A stretch of DNA of 64,000 bases from a virus (taxonomy: Duplodnaviria > Caudoviricetes), in IMG/VR virus record IMGVR_UViG_2030936005_000025, positions 200,204 to 264,203 of that record. One strand, given 5' to 3'. Below are positions 45,124-55,822 of the stretch, piece by piece (within the stretch, counting starts at the first letter, position 1; each line of letters begins with the position of its first letter). The position numbers and the translations under genes are program-made. The notes under the pieces were generated by a model, which did not search any database, had not been told where the DNA came from, and was given only the letters and a program-made list of their open reading frames with translations.

Positions 45124-45149
45124 TACTGAGTTATCCTAAAGAGGTAAGT

Positions 45150-48100
45150 ATGGCCGATGATTACGATATCGATTGGGGTGATGACCCCTTCGGTGGCGAT
45201 ATGGACTTTGACATGGATTTCGATATGGATCCATTCAAAGGAAAAGGTTTCGTAAGGTCGTTCGCAACGGGATTCTTATCAGGTCTGGTTGACGAGACCG
45301 TCGGTAGTGACGCTGCTCGCTTTAGAACCATGCGTACAATTCTGCCTTCTACTTTCAGTAACGCACTCGACAAAGCGGCCTTCATGAAGGACCGTTTAAA
45401 CGAATTAGCTACTGAGTTTAAAGAAGAGAACTACGAATCTGCGAAATCCTTGCAAAACATTGCTTCCCATCTAAATCAGAAGATGGGCGAAAAACTTCCC
45501 GGTTTTGTGGGCAGTGGATTAGCGAATTTCAGTTCTAAAGATTTCTCGCTATGGGAAAAAGCGGAAACGCGCTCCGACAATTTTAACGAACGTGTTGACA
45601 GTACAACTGAGGATGACATTGAAGGTGCCATTAACACCGCAACGAACTCACAGGCTGGTATGTTCGCATCCCTGGGTGAAACACTCAATGGAATGACCGT
45701 GGCCGCTACAAGCGCGCTACAGTCCTCTATTGGGGCGGGTAATCGACAGCTTGTTAATATTGAAAGCGCATTGCGTGATCAACTTCATTGGCAGCGTAAC
45801 GTCGATGCTCGCATTCAACAAGCCCAACTGAACTTAGCCGCACGTTCTTATGTGAACAATGCCAAGTTCTATAAGTTCATGGAAGCCGGCATTCATGCCG
45901 AGATTAGAGAACTGAAGAAGATCACAAAGTACACCGGTATGAGTGATTATGAAAAGACCAGTACTCTGACTGCTTCTAAAGCTTATATGCGTAACCGTGT
46001 GTTCAGTACGGTTGGTAAACGCATGGGTGGCTTAACTGGGTTGTTCCGTGACAAGTTCAGTAAAGACAATCGTACCGAAGCGTATGGTGTGGTTGGAAAC
46101 TTACTGGGTAGCATCAGTGACGGATTAGAGATGGCCGGTGACGGGGGTATCTCCCGTGGTATGCTGGGTGACATCATCGGTAAGATGGTTGCAGGTGTGG
46201 CTGTTGAACAAATGCCTGCGTTCTTTACTCGAGGTCCGGGTAAGAAAGCCGTTGACAAGATGATGAAGAATTATCCTGAGCAAGCTGGCTATATAAAGGA
46301 ACAGATCGACAAACTCACTGACCTGGGTAACGTTATTTCTTATGCGTCAACGTCCGGTACTGGAATGTTGAACTACATGGTTCAGAACTATCAAGCCATG
46401 GATGAAATGAAGTATGTCGATTATGATCATTACCTGAGTGAATTACCACCGGGTAAGAAGCCATTGCCGAAAGCCGCTTGGACCGCATTGAACGCAGCGA
46501 GTAACCGTGGTAAAGAAGCCATCAACAAACTGATGGGTGACACAACCAAGACTCGCGGTACTCAGTATCAGATCAAACGCAAGAATGTGAAAGATCTTAA
46601 CCAGCCTGGAATCTGGAAAGAGATTAACAACATTACCTTGAACGAAGTTCTTCCTGGATTGATTTCCAAGACGAACCAACTTCTTGAACAAATGCGTACC
46701 GGTAAAGATGATGTTGAGGCAGTCAACTATAACTATATGCGCGGTGAGTTCCAAACGGATTCTCAACGTCGTATCTCAGTTCAAGCTGACTTAATGCCAC
46801 ATGGCGAATTCCAACGTTATGCACAAGCTTCATTGGCACTGGTTGATTCTGTTGACCCAGACAAACTGTTGTCTCCGTCTACCCGCAAAGCTTTCGCTCA
46901 GCAGGTTGCTAAAGATATCGATTCAGAGATGGGGTTCAACCCGTACTACTATCTCGGTGACATTCAAGGTATGAGTCCTTCTGCACAGAAGGAAGTTCAC
47001 GCTGTACTGATGCGTCACTTCGGTATCCAGACTCAGGATGTCCAACAGTTCAACAGCTCTGACAGTTTCCAACGCATGAAGCAGATGTCCAAGATGCCAA
47101 CGAAAGAAGGCCGTGAACGTCTGAACAGTGTATCTGCTGCAGCTGAGAACCTGAAGTCCAATTTCCCGAACGTAGCGGAACGTATTGACTTACTTCGCTC
47201 AACGGGCAATGAACAGATGTTGCGTGACCTCGGTGTGATCTATACCGACAACGGGATTGATAAGATCAATATCCAAGCTTTCCATGATCGTATTGGTCAG
47301 TATATGGATGATCCGAACAATCCGGTCTTACGTGGTGTCTCCCCAGGTTCTGAGAAGAGGTCTCCGACCAAAGGTGGTTTCCGTAACATCGGTAACGCCG
47401 GTCCAACATTTAACCCAATGGAAGGTTTGAATGAAACTCTTCAGCAGCTCAATGAACATCTGAGTAAGAGAGATCCGGTCTCCGAACAACCGATTCCGGC
47501 GGCAAGTACAGGTACAGTTAACTTTGATTCAATCACCGGAGTACTGACTGACATCAAAGACAGTAACTCTGGGATATTCACCAGTAACAGGAATATCGAA
47601 GCACTGTTGACCAGCATGTTGGATTTAGCCAAAGCCGGTAAGTTAATGACCGGTGCGCCTGCTACTGCTACTGAAGCTCGCCAAGAAGAAACAGCCAAGA
47701 AGTCATTCTTGGACAAGATCAAAGGTTCACTTCCAACTGGAATGATGGGCAAGGGGATGGACTTCATTATGAGTCGCAACCCAATGGTCTTAGGCGGGAT
47801 ATTAGGTGCAGTGGGTGCAGCAGCAACCAGTAAGAACTTCTTGCTCTCTGGTGCGATTGCAGCAGCAGGATTGGGGTTAGGTGCTGCGGTTGATTATTAC
47901 CGTAAAAGGAATGCGGCAGGTGGTGCTGAAACTGGTAGCGCGCCAAGTGACGATGAAGATATCCTGGATGAGAAAGGCGAACCAATTCTCAAGGCCGCCA
48001 AACTCAAAGCCGGTGAATATCTCGATGCTGCTACCAAGCGCGTCATCAAAACTTGGAATGACATTCGTGGTCCAATCTTCGATGTGACTTCTCGTGCGGT

Positions 48101-51100
48101 AATTGGTGCACGTGATCTTGCAGGTAAGATCTTTGGTCCAGACGGTCGTGCTGTTGCACTCAGCGGTTTACGTCGTGTGCGTGACGGTGTGGTCGGTGCT
48201 TATAACCTGGCTGATCCATTAGGTCGTATTCGCTCTGTTATCGATTCCGGTAAAGAACTGGTTTATCAGCAAGACATTTATATCAAAGGACAAAAGGACC
48301 CTGTACTCCGTGCAGCGAAGTTCAAGTCTGGTGAATACTTCACGCGTGATGAATCAGGTAACTTCAAACCTATTAATGGATGGAATGAAATTGATGGTCC
48401 GGTCTATGATGATCAAGGCAATCAACTGGTTAGCGAAGAGGAATATAAATCCGGTCTGGTCACGGCGACAGGTATGGCTGTACGCAATATGGGCGCTGGT
48501 GCTGCTGGTTTGGTTGGCGGTGCAGCGGGGCTGGTTAAAGGTGGACTTAACTCGGTACTCGGACGCTTTGGATATTCTACAAAGCCTGGTAGTGCTGCTG
48601 GTCCTGTCGGTGGTACAAGCAGTTCAGGTTCTTCTGGGGTTGAACGCCGGTTAGATCTCATTTATAAGATGATGTCCCAGCACTTCGGTATTCCAATGGA
48701 AGCCACCGGAATGACTGAGGCAATCCGTTCTAAGATGACCGGGGGATCTGAAGGTCCTGGACTCCGTCTTAACTCTTTGGCTTGGAAAAAGAAAGAAGCC
48801 GAGAAGGAAGAAAAGCACAAGGTTAATGAAGCAATTATTGAGATTGCTAAAAATACCAAAGGCATGGGCGGAGAAGATGACGATAAAGGTGAAGGCGGTG
48901 GTTTCTTCAGCAAGATCAAATCCATGTTCCTGGGGCTCGGTGCGTTCGGTGCTAAACTGATCAAGAACCCAATTGGAACGATCGGTAGTCTTGTATTCGG
49001 AAGCCTGGTCAACTCAACCGCTCGCTTAGCCAAAATTGGTTCCGCATTGTTCTCCGGTGTTATGGGGATTTCTTCTCCTATCTTCAAACTGATGAAGTGG
49101 GGCTTTACTAAACTGGCCGGTGGGTTATTGGGTGGAGGTCGTGGGCGTAATGCCGGTGGTCTCGATGTTGAACCTGATCAACGTGGACAGTCAAGTAAAC
49201 GCAAGAAGAAAGCAGGTGCCAAACCAAGGCGTCGTGGTGGGGGTAGACTGAAAAGCTTTGCCAAAGGTTCAATGTACTCAGCTCTGGGCGCAATGGCAAT
49301 CAATGCTGTTACGGATAATGATCCTGAAGACTTCGAGAATGGAACTGAAGATCTTTCATCCGGTGAACGTGATCCAGTTACGGGTCGTTATGCGACTACG
49401 TCTGATAAGATCATGGACGCGGTGACGGATTGGTTACCACAAGGCGCACTTGCTAAGAGTGTCGTACAAGGGGTAGCAGGTCCTGAAGGTTATAAGGACC
49501 TGGACGATAAAGGATTATTCTGGACGTCAGATGGTAGCTTCTTCTGGAGCCGTCAGAAACGTGATGCCGCACAGGCATCACTCGATGGCAAGCCGGTGAT
49601 CAACAATGCACCAGGCGTTGATAAAGCGGCTACTAAGATTACCACTCAAAGAAAGATCCGTATGGCGATGTATGGCGTTAAAGATGCGAACAGCAACTTA
49701 GGCCGTCGAATCATGGCACTGGAAAACCAGTTCTATCCATACGTAGTGATCAAAGATGGTAATGCGTCTCTGAAACCCGAAACGCCAACCTCACAGTTGA
49801 TCGAAGCCTTTGCTAACAGTTCGATGGGTACGGGTGTCGATAAGAGTTCAGTGGGTACGTGGTTCATGGCACGCTTTAAACCGGTGTTCATGATCTTCAA
49901 TGCATCTATCGCGGTTAACCGTATGGGTGATATCACTGAGTTCGATAACTCGAAGTCTTACGACGTAATCAAAACTGTTGAACAAGCTCAGCGTTCCATT
50001 GCGGCTTATAACCCGCCTCCGTTCTCTATTGACGTTCGTATCGATGAGAATGAAGCAACCATGGGACCTGAACAAACGCGTGACTTGGTGAGTAACCTGT
50101 TCGCTCAGTTGAAGAAGGAAATGCCTGCTCCTCCGCAGACCACTCCTGAAACACTGACAGCTCAGGCCGAAGCCGATATTAAAGACAAGATTAGTTCACC
50201 TGATGAGAAAACCAGTAATCAGGTAACTGCTGCCGAACCGGGTATGCAACAGTCTGCTGCAACTGCGTCTGCACAAGCAGTGGATGATATTACCAAGCCT
50301 GCTGATGTCACGAAAATTGATATCTCAGACATGTATACCAAAGACGGTAACATCGATGCCTTTACATTAGCGCGTTTAGCAGTTTACGGTAATGACAAGA
50401 GTGTACCTTGGCGTGTTGAAGCAGTGTTGCGTTTAGAACGTTACGTTGAAAGCTTCATCTTAGTCACAGGTAATGATGCCCGTTTCACAGGCAAGTCAAA
50501 CCAGCTCTTGGAATTGTTTAAAGCAAGCTTCCATGTTATCGATCGTAACGTACAGTCGAAGAACAACTGGATGGTGTGGTTCCGTGATCGTTTCTTACCA
50601 ACGCTTATGGAATACTGCAAACAAACCGTTCGGTTACGTGGTGGTATGCCAGCGAAAACCTGGAAGTCTCTTTCTGATACTAACAAGGCCAACATTGCTC
50701 GTAAACTCCTGGGTATGATCGTGACGGTTAACGATCAGCAATCCCCAGTATGGTCGGTGTCTGCTTCTCCATTCCCAGATTCTGAATCAGGTACTTTCCC
50801 AGATCGTGCGGATAAGTATATGAAGATCCTTGACTCCAAAGCTAAAGAAGCGGCGATCAAAGATCCAGATCTGGAGAGATCGAAGAGTGAGGCAACAACC
50901 AGTACTCCGGGTAGCGCTGCAACGTCGGGTGGTGACCCTGCTCAGACGAAAGCTATCATGGATGCGGTTTATGGGAAAGGTGCAACAGGCTTTGCTTCTG
51001 GCGGTGGTCCAATGAGGGCAGCAACCGGTAGTGGAGCAGCTAACGCGGCAGGCGGATACTATCCAAATGCAACGATGAGCGCACCGGGTGGTCCAGCAGG

Positions 51101-52364
51101 TTCTGCGGGTCAATTCATGGGTAAAGCGGATTCTAACTTTAACCCGGAGTTTATCAAGAAAGCCGGATCTGATAAAGGTATCAAGATGTCGCTGGAACAA
51201 GGTGATCAGTTAATGCTGAACCATCTCGTGAAAGCAGGTATTCGTGACAACAAAACCTTGGCACTGGCGTTGGCTATGGCGAGAAAGGAAACCGGCGGTT
51301 ATCAGTCTACTGTCGAGAATACTAACTGGTCAGCCCCAACCTTGCTGAAGTACTTCAAGAACGTTCCTGATGCAGCAACAGCTCAGAAGGTGGCAGCCAT
51401 GTCACCAGTCGAACGTGCGATGTGGGTTTATGGTCGTGCACCAAAAGGTCCACAGCTGGGTAACACCAGACCAGAAGACGGATGGGACTATCGTGGCCGT
51501 GGCTTGTTCCAGTTAACAGGTAAAGCGAACTACGAGGCGTTCAAGAAAGCGTCTGGTATTGATGTTGTCTCTCATCCAGAACTGGTATCTGAAGATCCAA
51601 ACGTTATGGCAGAATCTGCCGTGTGGTTCTTGAAGAACAACGCAGCAATGAAGTCGATTGCTAAGACGGGTGACTTCGATACAGCGGTTCGTGGCATTAA
51701 CGGTGGTAACGCTGTTCCTGCTACGGATGAACGCCGTGCGTACTACAATGATTATCTTAACAAACTGCGTAGTGGTGCTTTAACCATTCCAGGTGGTGCG
51801 GATAATGCAGATGGGGCGGGTGCAGGTGATGCCTCAGCGGCTGCAATGAACAATCAGAATCCGGAAGTTCCAGCGGGTGCTGATCAAAACGTTCCAGCAG
51901 ACAAGGCAAGTGGAGCTTCAGCCACGAAAGTGGTTAAGCCAGGAGCAACCCAGCAGTTGTTGGATGACGCAGAGAAATCTTCTGCACCATCTAATGCGGG
52001 AACTCCTCCACCAACGACGAATGCATCACCAATCAGTAATCCAACAGTGAATGCTTCCGGACCTGCATCTTCGAATACTTCAGCACCTGTGACAAGCTCT
52101 ACTTCTACAGACAGTCCGAATGGTACACCTACCACTCCGGCAACACAAGCTCCTGAGCGTCAACCTGTTAAGTCTGCTGTACAAGCAGCTAATGAGAAGA
52201 AAGCCGCAGAAGCAGCTGCACAACCAGCAACGGTTAACATGCCTGAACATATGTCAGTGCTTGATAAAGCCTCTGCTGAAGTGGGTGCGGCGCAATTAAC
52301 TGTGTTGAAAGAGATTCGTGACGTTCTGAAGAACAGTAAAGCTAAGCCAACGGTGAATGTATAA
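45150..52364 (+). CDS. Tape-measure / tail-associated lysin (phiKZ gp181-like) with a C-terminal GH19 domain
   Basis: 2404 aa, Ala/Gly-rich; LGNTRPEDGWDYRGRGLFQLTGKANY…AVWF…INGG; synteny after the RNAP genes. Confidence 0.88.
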   Translation: MADDYDIDWGDDPFGGDMDFDMDFDMDPFKGKGFVRSFATGFLSGLVDETVGSDAARFRTMRTILPSTFSNALDKAAFMKDRLNELATEFKEENYESAKSLQNIASHLNQKMGEKLPGFVGSGLANFSSKDFSLWEKAETRSDNFNERVDSTTEDDIEGAINTATNSQAGMFASLGETLNGMTVAATSALQSSIGAGNRQLVNIESALRDQLHWQRNVDARIQQAQLNLAARSYVNNAKFYKFMEAGIHAEIRELKKITKYTGMSDYEKTSTLTASKAYMRNRVFSTVGKRMGGLTGLFRDKFSKDNRTEAYGVVGNLLGSISDGLEMAGDGGISRGMLGDIIGKMVAGVAVEQMPAFFTRGPGKKAVDKMMKNYPEQAGYIKEQIDKLTDLGNVISYASTSGTGMLNYMVQNYQAMDEMKYVDYDHYLSELPPGKKPLPKAAWTALNAASNRGKEAINKLMGDTTKTRGTQYQIKRKNVKDLNQPGIWKEINNITLNEVLPGLISKTNQLLEQMRTGKDDVEAVNYNYMRGEFQTDSQRRISVQADLMPHGEFQRYAQASLALVDSVDPDKLLSPSTRKAFAQQVAKDIDSEMGFNPYYYLGDIQGMSPSAQKEVHAVLMRHFGIQTQDVQQFNSSDSFQRMKQMSKMPTKEGRERLNSVSAAAENLKSNFPNVAERIDLLRSTGNEQMLRDLGVIYTDNGIDKINIQAFHDRIGQYMDDPNNPVLRGVSPGSEKRSPTKGGFRNIGNAGPTFNPMEGLNETLQQLNEHLSKRDPVSEQPIPAASTGTVNFDSITGVLTDIKDSNSGIFTSNRNIEALLTSMLDLAKAGKLMTGAPATATEARQEETAKKSFLDKIKGSLPTGMMGKGMDFIMSRNPMVLGGILGAVGAAATSKNFLLSGAIAAAGLGLGAAVDYYRKRNAAGGAETGSAPSDDEDILDEKGEPILKAAKLKAGEYLDAATKRVIKTWNDIRGPIFDVTSRAVIGARDLAGKIFGPDGRAVALSGLRRVRDGVVGAYNLADPLGRIRSVIDSGKELVYQQDIYIKGQKDPVLRAAKFKSGEYFTRDESGNFKPINGWNEIDGPVYDDQGNQLVSEEEYKSGLVTATGMAVRNMGAGAAGLVGGAAGLVKGGLNSVLGRFGYSTKPGSAAGPVGGTSSSGSSGVERRLDLIYKMMSQHFGIPMEATGMTEAIRSKMTGGSEGPGLRLNSLAWKKKEAEKEEKHKVNEAIIEIAKNTKGMGGEDDDKGEGGGFFSKIKSMFLGLGAFGAKLIKNPIGTIGSLVFGSLVNSTARLAKIGSALFSGVMGISSPIFKLMKWGFTKLAGGLLGGGRGRNAGGLDVEPDQRGQSSKRKKKAGAKPRRRGGGRLKSFAKGSMYSALGAMAINAVTDNDPEDFENGTEDLSSGERDPVTGRYATTSDKIMDAVTDWLPQGALAKSVVQGVAGPEGYKDLDDKGLFWTSDGSFFWSRQKRDAAQASLDGKPVINNAPGVDKAATKITTQRKIRMAMYGVKDANSNLGRRIMALENQFYPYVVIKDGNASLKPETPTSQLIEAFANSSMGTGVDKSSVGTWFMARFKPVFMIFNASIAVNRMGDITEFDNSKSYDVIKTVEQAQRSIAAYNPPPFSIDVRIDENEATMGPEQTRDLVSNLFAQLKKEMPAPPQTTPETLTAQAEADIKDKISSPDEKTSNQVTAAEPGMQQSAATASAQAVDDITKPADVTKIDISDMYTKDGNIDAFTLARLAVYGNDKSVPWRVEAVLRLERYVESFILVTGNDARFTGKSNQLLELFKASFHVIDRNVQSKNNWMVWFRDRFLPTLMEYCKQTVRLRGGMPAKTWKSLSDTNKANIARKLLGMIVTVNDQQSPVWSVSASPFPDSESGTFPDRADKYMKILDSKAKEAAIKDPDLERSKSEATTSTPGSAATSGGDPAQTKAIMDAVYGKGATGFASGGGPMRAATGSGAANAAGGYYPNATMSAPGGPAGSAGQFMGKADSNFNPEFIKKAGSDKGIKMSLEQGDQLMLNHLVKAGIRDNKTLALALAMARKETGGYQSTVENTNWSAPTLLKYFKNVPDAATAQKVAAMSPVERAMWVYGRAPKGPQLGNTRPEDGWDYRGRGLFQLTGKANYEAFKKASGIDVVSHPELVSEDPNVMAESAVWFLKNNAAMKSIAKTGDFDTAVRGINGGNAVPATDERRAYYNDYLNKLRSGALTIPGGADNADGAGAGDASAAAMNNQNPEVPAGADQNVPADKASGASATKVVKPGATQQLLDDAEKSSAPSNAGTPPPTTNASPISNPTVNASGPASSNTSAPVTSSTSTDSPNGTPTTPATQAPERQPVKSAVQAANEKKAAEAAAQPATVNMPEHMSVLDKASAEVGAAQLTVLKEIRDVLKNSKAKPTVNV

Positions 52365-52372
52365 TTGATAAC

Positions 52373-52394
52373 TGGGTACCCTTCGGGGTACCCA
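52373..52394. other. Intergenic hairpin with TTCG loop
   Basis: TGGGTACCC-TTCG-GGGTACCCA; each arm is itself palindromic; no T-tract. Confidence 0.55.
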
Positions 52395-52411
52395 TATCGA
52401 GGTTTTAATTT

Positions 52412-54625
52412 ATGTCCGTTACCGTCGACTATAAAGACAGGAACATTGTTTCACGTTCATTCCGTTTAATGAGTGAAGGGGTTAAGGATCCAGAGAAGGC
52501 ACTGATCCGTTCTGACTATGACCTCTATACCAGTTTCTTCTCCACTGCGATAGGGGACAACAAGTTTGTTAACCCCTTACCGGGTTATAGCCGTAATACC
52601 GATCCATATCCAAAGCCCGCAATGGAAAACAAAATGGGTAACATGGGTCGCTATTACAAACGTATCCATCAGGATAACGCCATGATGGCAACCTTTACTG
52701 CCGGCGTTCCTGAGTTCACCGGGATGATCACTTTCATCCTGAACATGTTTGACTACTCTGCTTCTATTATGGCGAATAAAGGACGTGCTCCGACTTGGGC
52801 GTTCTATATTGGTCAGGCAGCAGGGGCGATTGCATTCTGGCCAGCCCAGATCATCGCGACCTCGTTTAACTTCTTTGAGTTCTTGTCAGGTACCCCGAAG
52901 AACAAGTGGTATTATTGCAAACCTACTATGGGGATGTACTTTACCGCTGCTCAGGGTATCTTCAACGACTTGATGATTGCAGCCGGTTATGCGTTATCCG
53001 TTTTGCCTTCTGATCGTCAAGAACAGGGTAACACAAAAGCAGGAGATCGTGACTACGGTACCGGCGGTACCAAAGGTTATACTTCTGACACTGCCATGGC
53101 TAAGAGTAACATCTCTTACATGCACTCTTTGTTCCCCGATGCAATTAACCCAGATGGTACCATCGACATTCTGAAGATCTCTACACGAGGTGTGCGTAAG
53201 TTCCGTCACTTCATGAAGAAGGTCAAAGACTTAGATGACCAATTTGGAATCAGTACGGTTGAGCAGAAAGATACGGCGATTGAGAACATCCTCAATAACC
53301 TGGTTACAGACAGTGGGTTCGTCAATGCCAACGGCGGTACCACAGCGGGAAGTAATACGCGTGACTATCTCCTAAAGGAATTGAAGACAGTCGGTAAAGC
53401 CCGTGGGATGGATGAGATTAACTATCCTGAAGTGGCTTCTGCTTATACCAGTGCTGATGCTGGTCAGAACGTTAAACCTGTGGGTGCTGAATCACAAGCA
53501 ACCGGTGCGGTTGATGGTTCTGCTTATATTGCAGGCTATCAGGATAAGATCAAAGCAACCAACACGGAAGCTTTCGGTTTAGACGGTGGGACCAACACCA
53601 GTAGTACAACGCAGTCTTCTCCTCAGCTCTCTGGTACTGAACCAACAACCATCAGCAGTGTCTCGGATGTTGATGAGGACTCCTGGTTAGGTCAGATTGG
53701 TACGCTGTTGATGGACGGGTTCTACGGTGGCTTGGATGGGGTTACGTTCCGTACAGAGGGTGTGGGTTCGGTTAGTGACTCCTTCAGTAACAGTACCACC
53801 AGTTCTGCGATCGCGTCTACCTTTAACTCTACGGTGACTGCGGTTCAGGACTTTAAGTTCAATATTGGTGGTGGTCAAACGGGTATCGGGATTGTTGATG
53901 AATTCGTCAACGGGATTAAAGATGCCGTAGCAGGCGTTGCAGCAGGTTCTGTTATTGGTAACGTACCTTTAGCATTGCTCGGTAACTCTAAAGTTGAGAT
54001 TCCAGATCACTGGGAAGATTCCAGTACGAACCTTCATAGTGAGTCATTCAGTTTCTACTTTGAAGCGCCTTATGCGCATCCGTATTCCATTGCGACCAAT
54101 ATCTTCTTACCGCTGTCATTATTGATGCCGTTCATTGTTCCATTCTCCACAGGTGGTTCAACGTACACTGCTCCGTTCCTGGTCAAAGTGTTCAGTCGTG
54201 GTAAATCCATTATCCGTACCGGTATTGTTCAGAACGCCAGTTTTGAATTCGGTAGCGGGCCATTAGGTTGGACCACGGATATGAAACCACGTAACTTGCG
54301 TGTGAACCTGACAGTAACCGATCTGGATAAAGTGATGTCGGTTCCAATCAGCCGTGTAACAAACCCACTGGATCTGTTGAACATCGCAGGTCAGTCTTCT
54401 CGTTACTTAGGAGACGTGGGCAAGTACAACGACTGGGTGAACCGTACGGCTGGTATTGACTACCTTGACACCGTGTTACGTTATAACGACCTTAACCGTC
54501 GTCTGACACGTTTCACGACCGATGCCAAGAACATGTTCAAACCAGCAACCATTGCCGGTGTAGTCAACGACTCCATCGTGGGTGACGTGGCACGTATCTT
54601 TACAGGTCGTCCATTGAACCGATAA
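52412..54625 (+). CDS. Tail-tip/baseplate protein (phiKZ gp182-like, by synteny)
   Basis: 737 aa directly after the gp181-like gene. Confidence 0.7.
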   Translation: MSVTVDYKDRNIVSRSFRLMSEGVKDPEKALIRSDYDLYTSFFSTAIGDNKFVNPLPGYSRNTDPYPKPAMENKMGNMGRYYKRIHQDNAMMATFTAGVPEFTGMITFILNMFDYSASIMANKGRAPTWAFYIGQAAGAIAFWPAQIIATSFNFFEFLSGTPKNKWYYCKPTMGMYFTAAQGIFNDLMIAAGYALSVLPSDRQEQGNTKAGDRDYGTGGTKGYTSDTAMAKSNISYMHSLFPDAINPDGTIDILKISTRGVRKFRHFMKKVKDLDDQFGISTVEQKDTAIENILNNLVTDSGFVNANGGTTAGSNTRDYLLKELKTVGKARGMDEINYPEVASAYTSADAGQNVKPVGAESQATGAVDGSAYIAGYQDKIKATNTEAFGLDGGTNTSSTTQSSPQLSGTEPTTISSVSDVDEDSWLGQIGTLLMDGFYGGLDGVTFRTEGVGSVSDSFSNSTTSSAIASTFNSTVTAVQDFKFNIGGGQTGIGIVDEFVNGIKDAVAGVAAGSVIGNVPLALLGNSKVEIPDHWEDSSTNLHSESFSFYFEAPYAHPYSIATNIFLPLSLLMPFIVPFSTGGSTYTAPFLVKVFSRGKSIIRTGIVQNASFEFGSGPLGWTTDMKPRNLRVNLTVTDLDKVMSVPISRVTNPLDLLNIAGQSSRYLGDVGKYNDWVNRTAGIDYLDTVLRYNDLNRRLTRFTTDAKNMFKPATIAGVVNDSIVGDVARIFTGRPLNR

Positions 54626-54673
54626 AAAAAAATAGATCATATCTCCTACTCTACCCAGTTGGGTAGAGTAGGA
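54624..54673 (-). terminator. Hairpin terminator with displaced T9 tract
   Basis: 13-bp stem TCCTACTCTACCC-AGTT-GGGTAGAGTAGGA; A9 11 nt away. Confidence 0.7.
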
Positions 54674-54682
54674 TTATGTTTG

Positions 54683-55813
54683 TTATGAGCTTAGTTTTAC
54701 AGCAGTGGGGAAGTCAGATAAGAACAGGTCAGTTGCCGATTGTTCTACAAAGATACCGGCAGAGCAGAGTAAAGGAATCAGATCATCTACACCTTCTAAC
54801 AACACACGAGCATCAGGAGAAATGCTGTTAACCAGATTCACATTGATTGCTTCACCAAACTGAGTAGGATACTTATACCAACTTTCCCCTTTAAGTGACA
54901 CACAGACTTTCAGCAGGTTTTGTGTCAGGGTTGGATAGTCAGATGGATCTACATCACTGGTAAAGTAGAACGCTGTCAGCAGTTCTTCTACCGTGTTAGG
55001 ATAAAGTGCTTCAATCTTCGCTGCACCTTCTGTTCCCACGATATCAATCATGGACACCAGGGAATCCAAATCACCACGATCAGAAGCAACACTGGCATTG
55101 GTAATCAACGCATCGTGATAGTCGCTCTCATAGACGTACATGTTTTTGAAGTTAGCGTAGCTTCGTGTCAAACTGTTCTGCACGGCCTGATTAAGCAGGG
55201 TGTTCAGTGTCGCATTGATTGCTGCAACGTTGACCACTGAACCGAACCCATCTGGATCATCAGCACCCAGGAAGTTGATCAGTGACGTTCCCATGCTGTA
55301 TTTCCAGTCATCAGCAATGTGAAGCTTAACGAACCCACCTGACGTGTCAGCAATGACCAACCCACTGGCAATACCGCCGGTCATGGAATTGAGTTCATTA
55401 ATGAATCCATTACCAATCTGGTTCTTCAAGTCCTGCATGGAACTGATGTTAAACCCAATCCCTTTACCTGCTAAACTTAACAGTTGGTCGGTATTGAGTT
55501 TGAAGCCATCCTGATAGGTTACCAAGCTACCGAGATCGCCCAGGTTATATTTCCCCCCGGTAATGTTCTTCAGTGCGTTGTTAATTCCATCAATAGCAGA
55601 TGACTTATATGTGCTTAGGGTTTTACTGATAACCTGCTGGGTTTCACTAACAGTAGCAACACCCGCTTGAATACCAGCGCTGAGTGATTTAAAGGGGTTA
55701 ACAACCTGATCAGTTAAGTTAGCCACTGTCGAGTTCATGGACTGACTGGCTTTCTGTAAGTTGTTCTTTATATCAACCGTATCAAAGATACTGGAGTTTT
55801 GTAAAAGAGTCAT
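54683..55813 (-). CDS. Hypothetical, probably virion protein
   Basis: 376 aa, Asn/Ser/Thr/Gly-rich; AGGA site. Confidence 0.75.
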   Translation of the reverse strand: MTLLQNSSIFDTVDIKNNLQKASQSMNSTVANLTDQVVNPFKSLSAGIQAGVATVSETQQVISKTLSTYKSSAIDGINNALKNITGGKYNLGDLGSLVTYQDGFKLNTDQLLSLAGKGIGFNISSMQDLKNQIGNGFINELNSMTGGIASGLVIADTSGGFVKLHIADDWKYSMGTSLINFLGADDPDGFGSVVNVAAINATLNTLLNQAVQNSLTRSYANFKNMYVYESDYHDALITNASVASDRGDLDSLVSMIDIVGTEGAAKIEALYPNTVEELLTAFYFTSDVDPSDYPTLTQNLLKVCVSLKGESWYKYPTQFGEAINVNLVNSISPDARVLLEGVDDLIPLLCSAGIFVEQSATDLFLSDFPTAVKLSS

Positions 55814-55822
55814 ATCAATCCT

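Noticed and set aside
45190-45232. DMDF-DMDF repeat at the tape-measure N-terminus
   Set aside because: A short acidic low-complexity coding repeat with synonymous variation; not a DNA-level repeat element.
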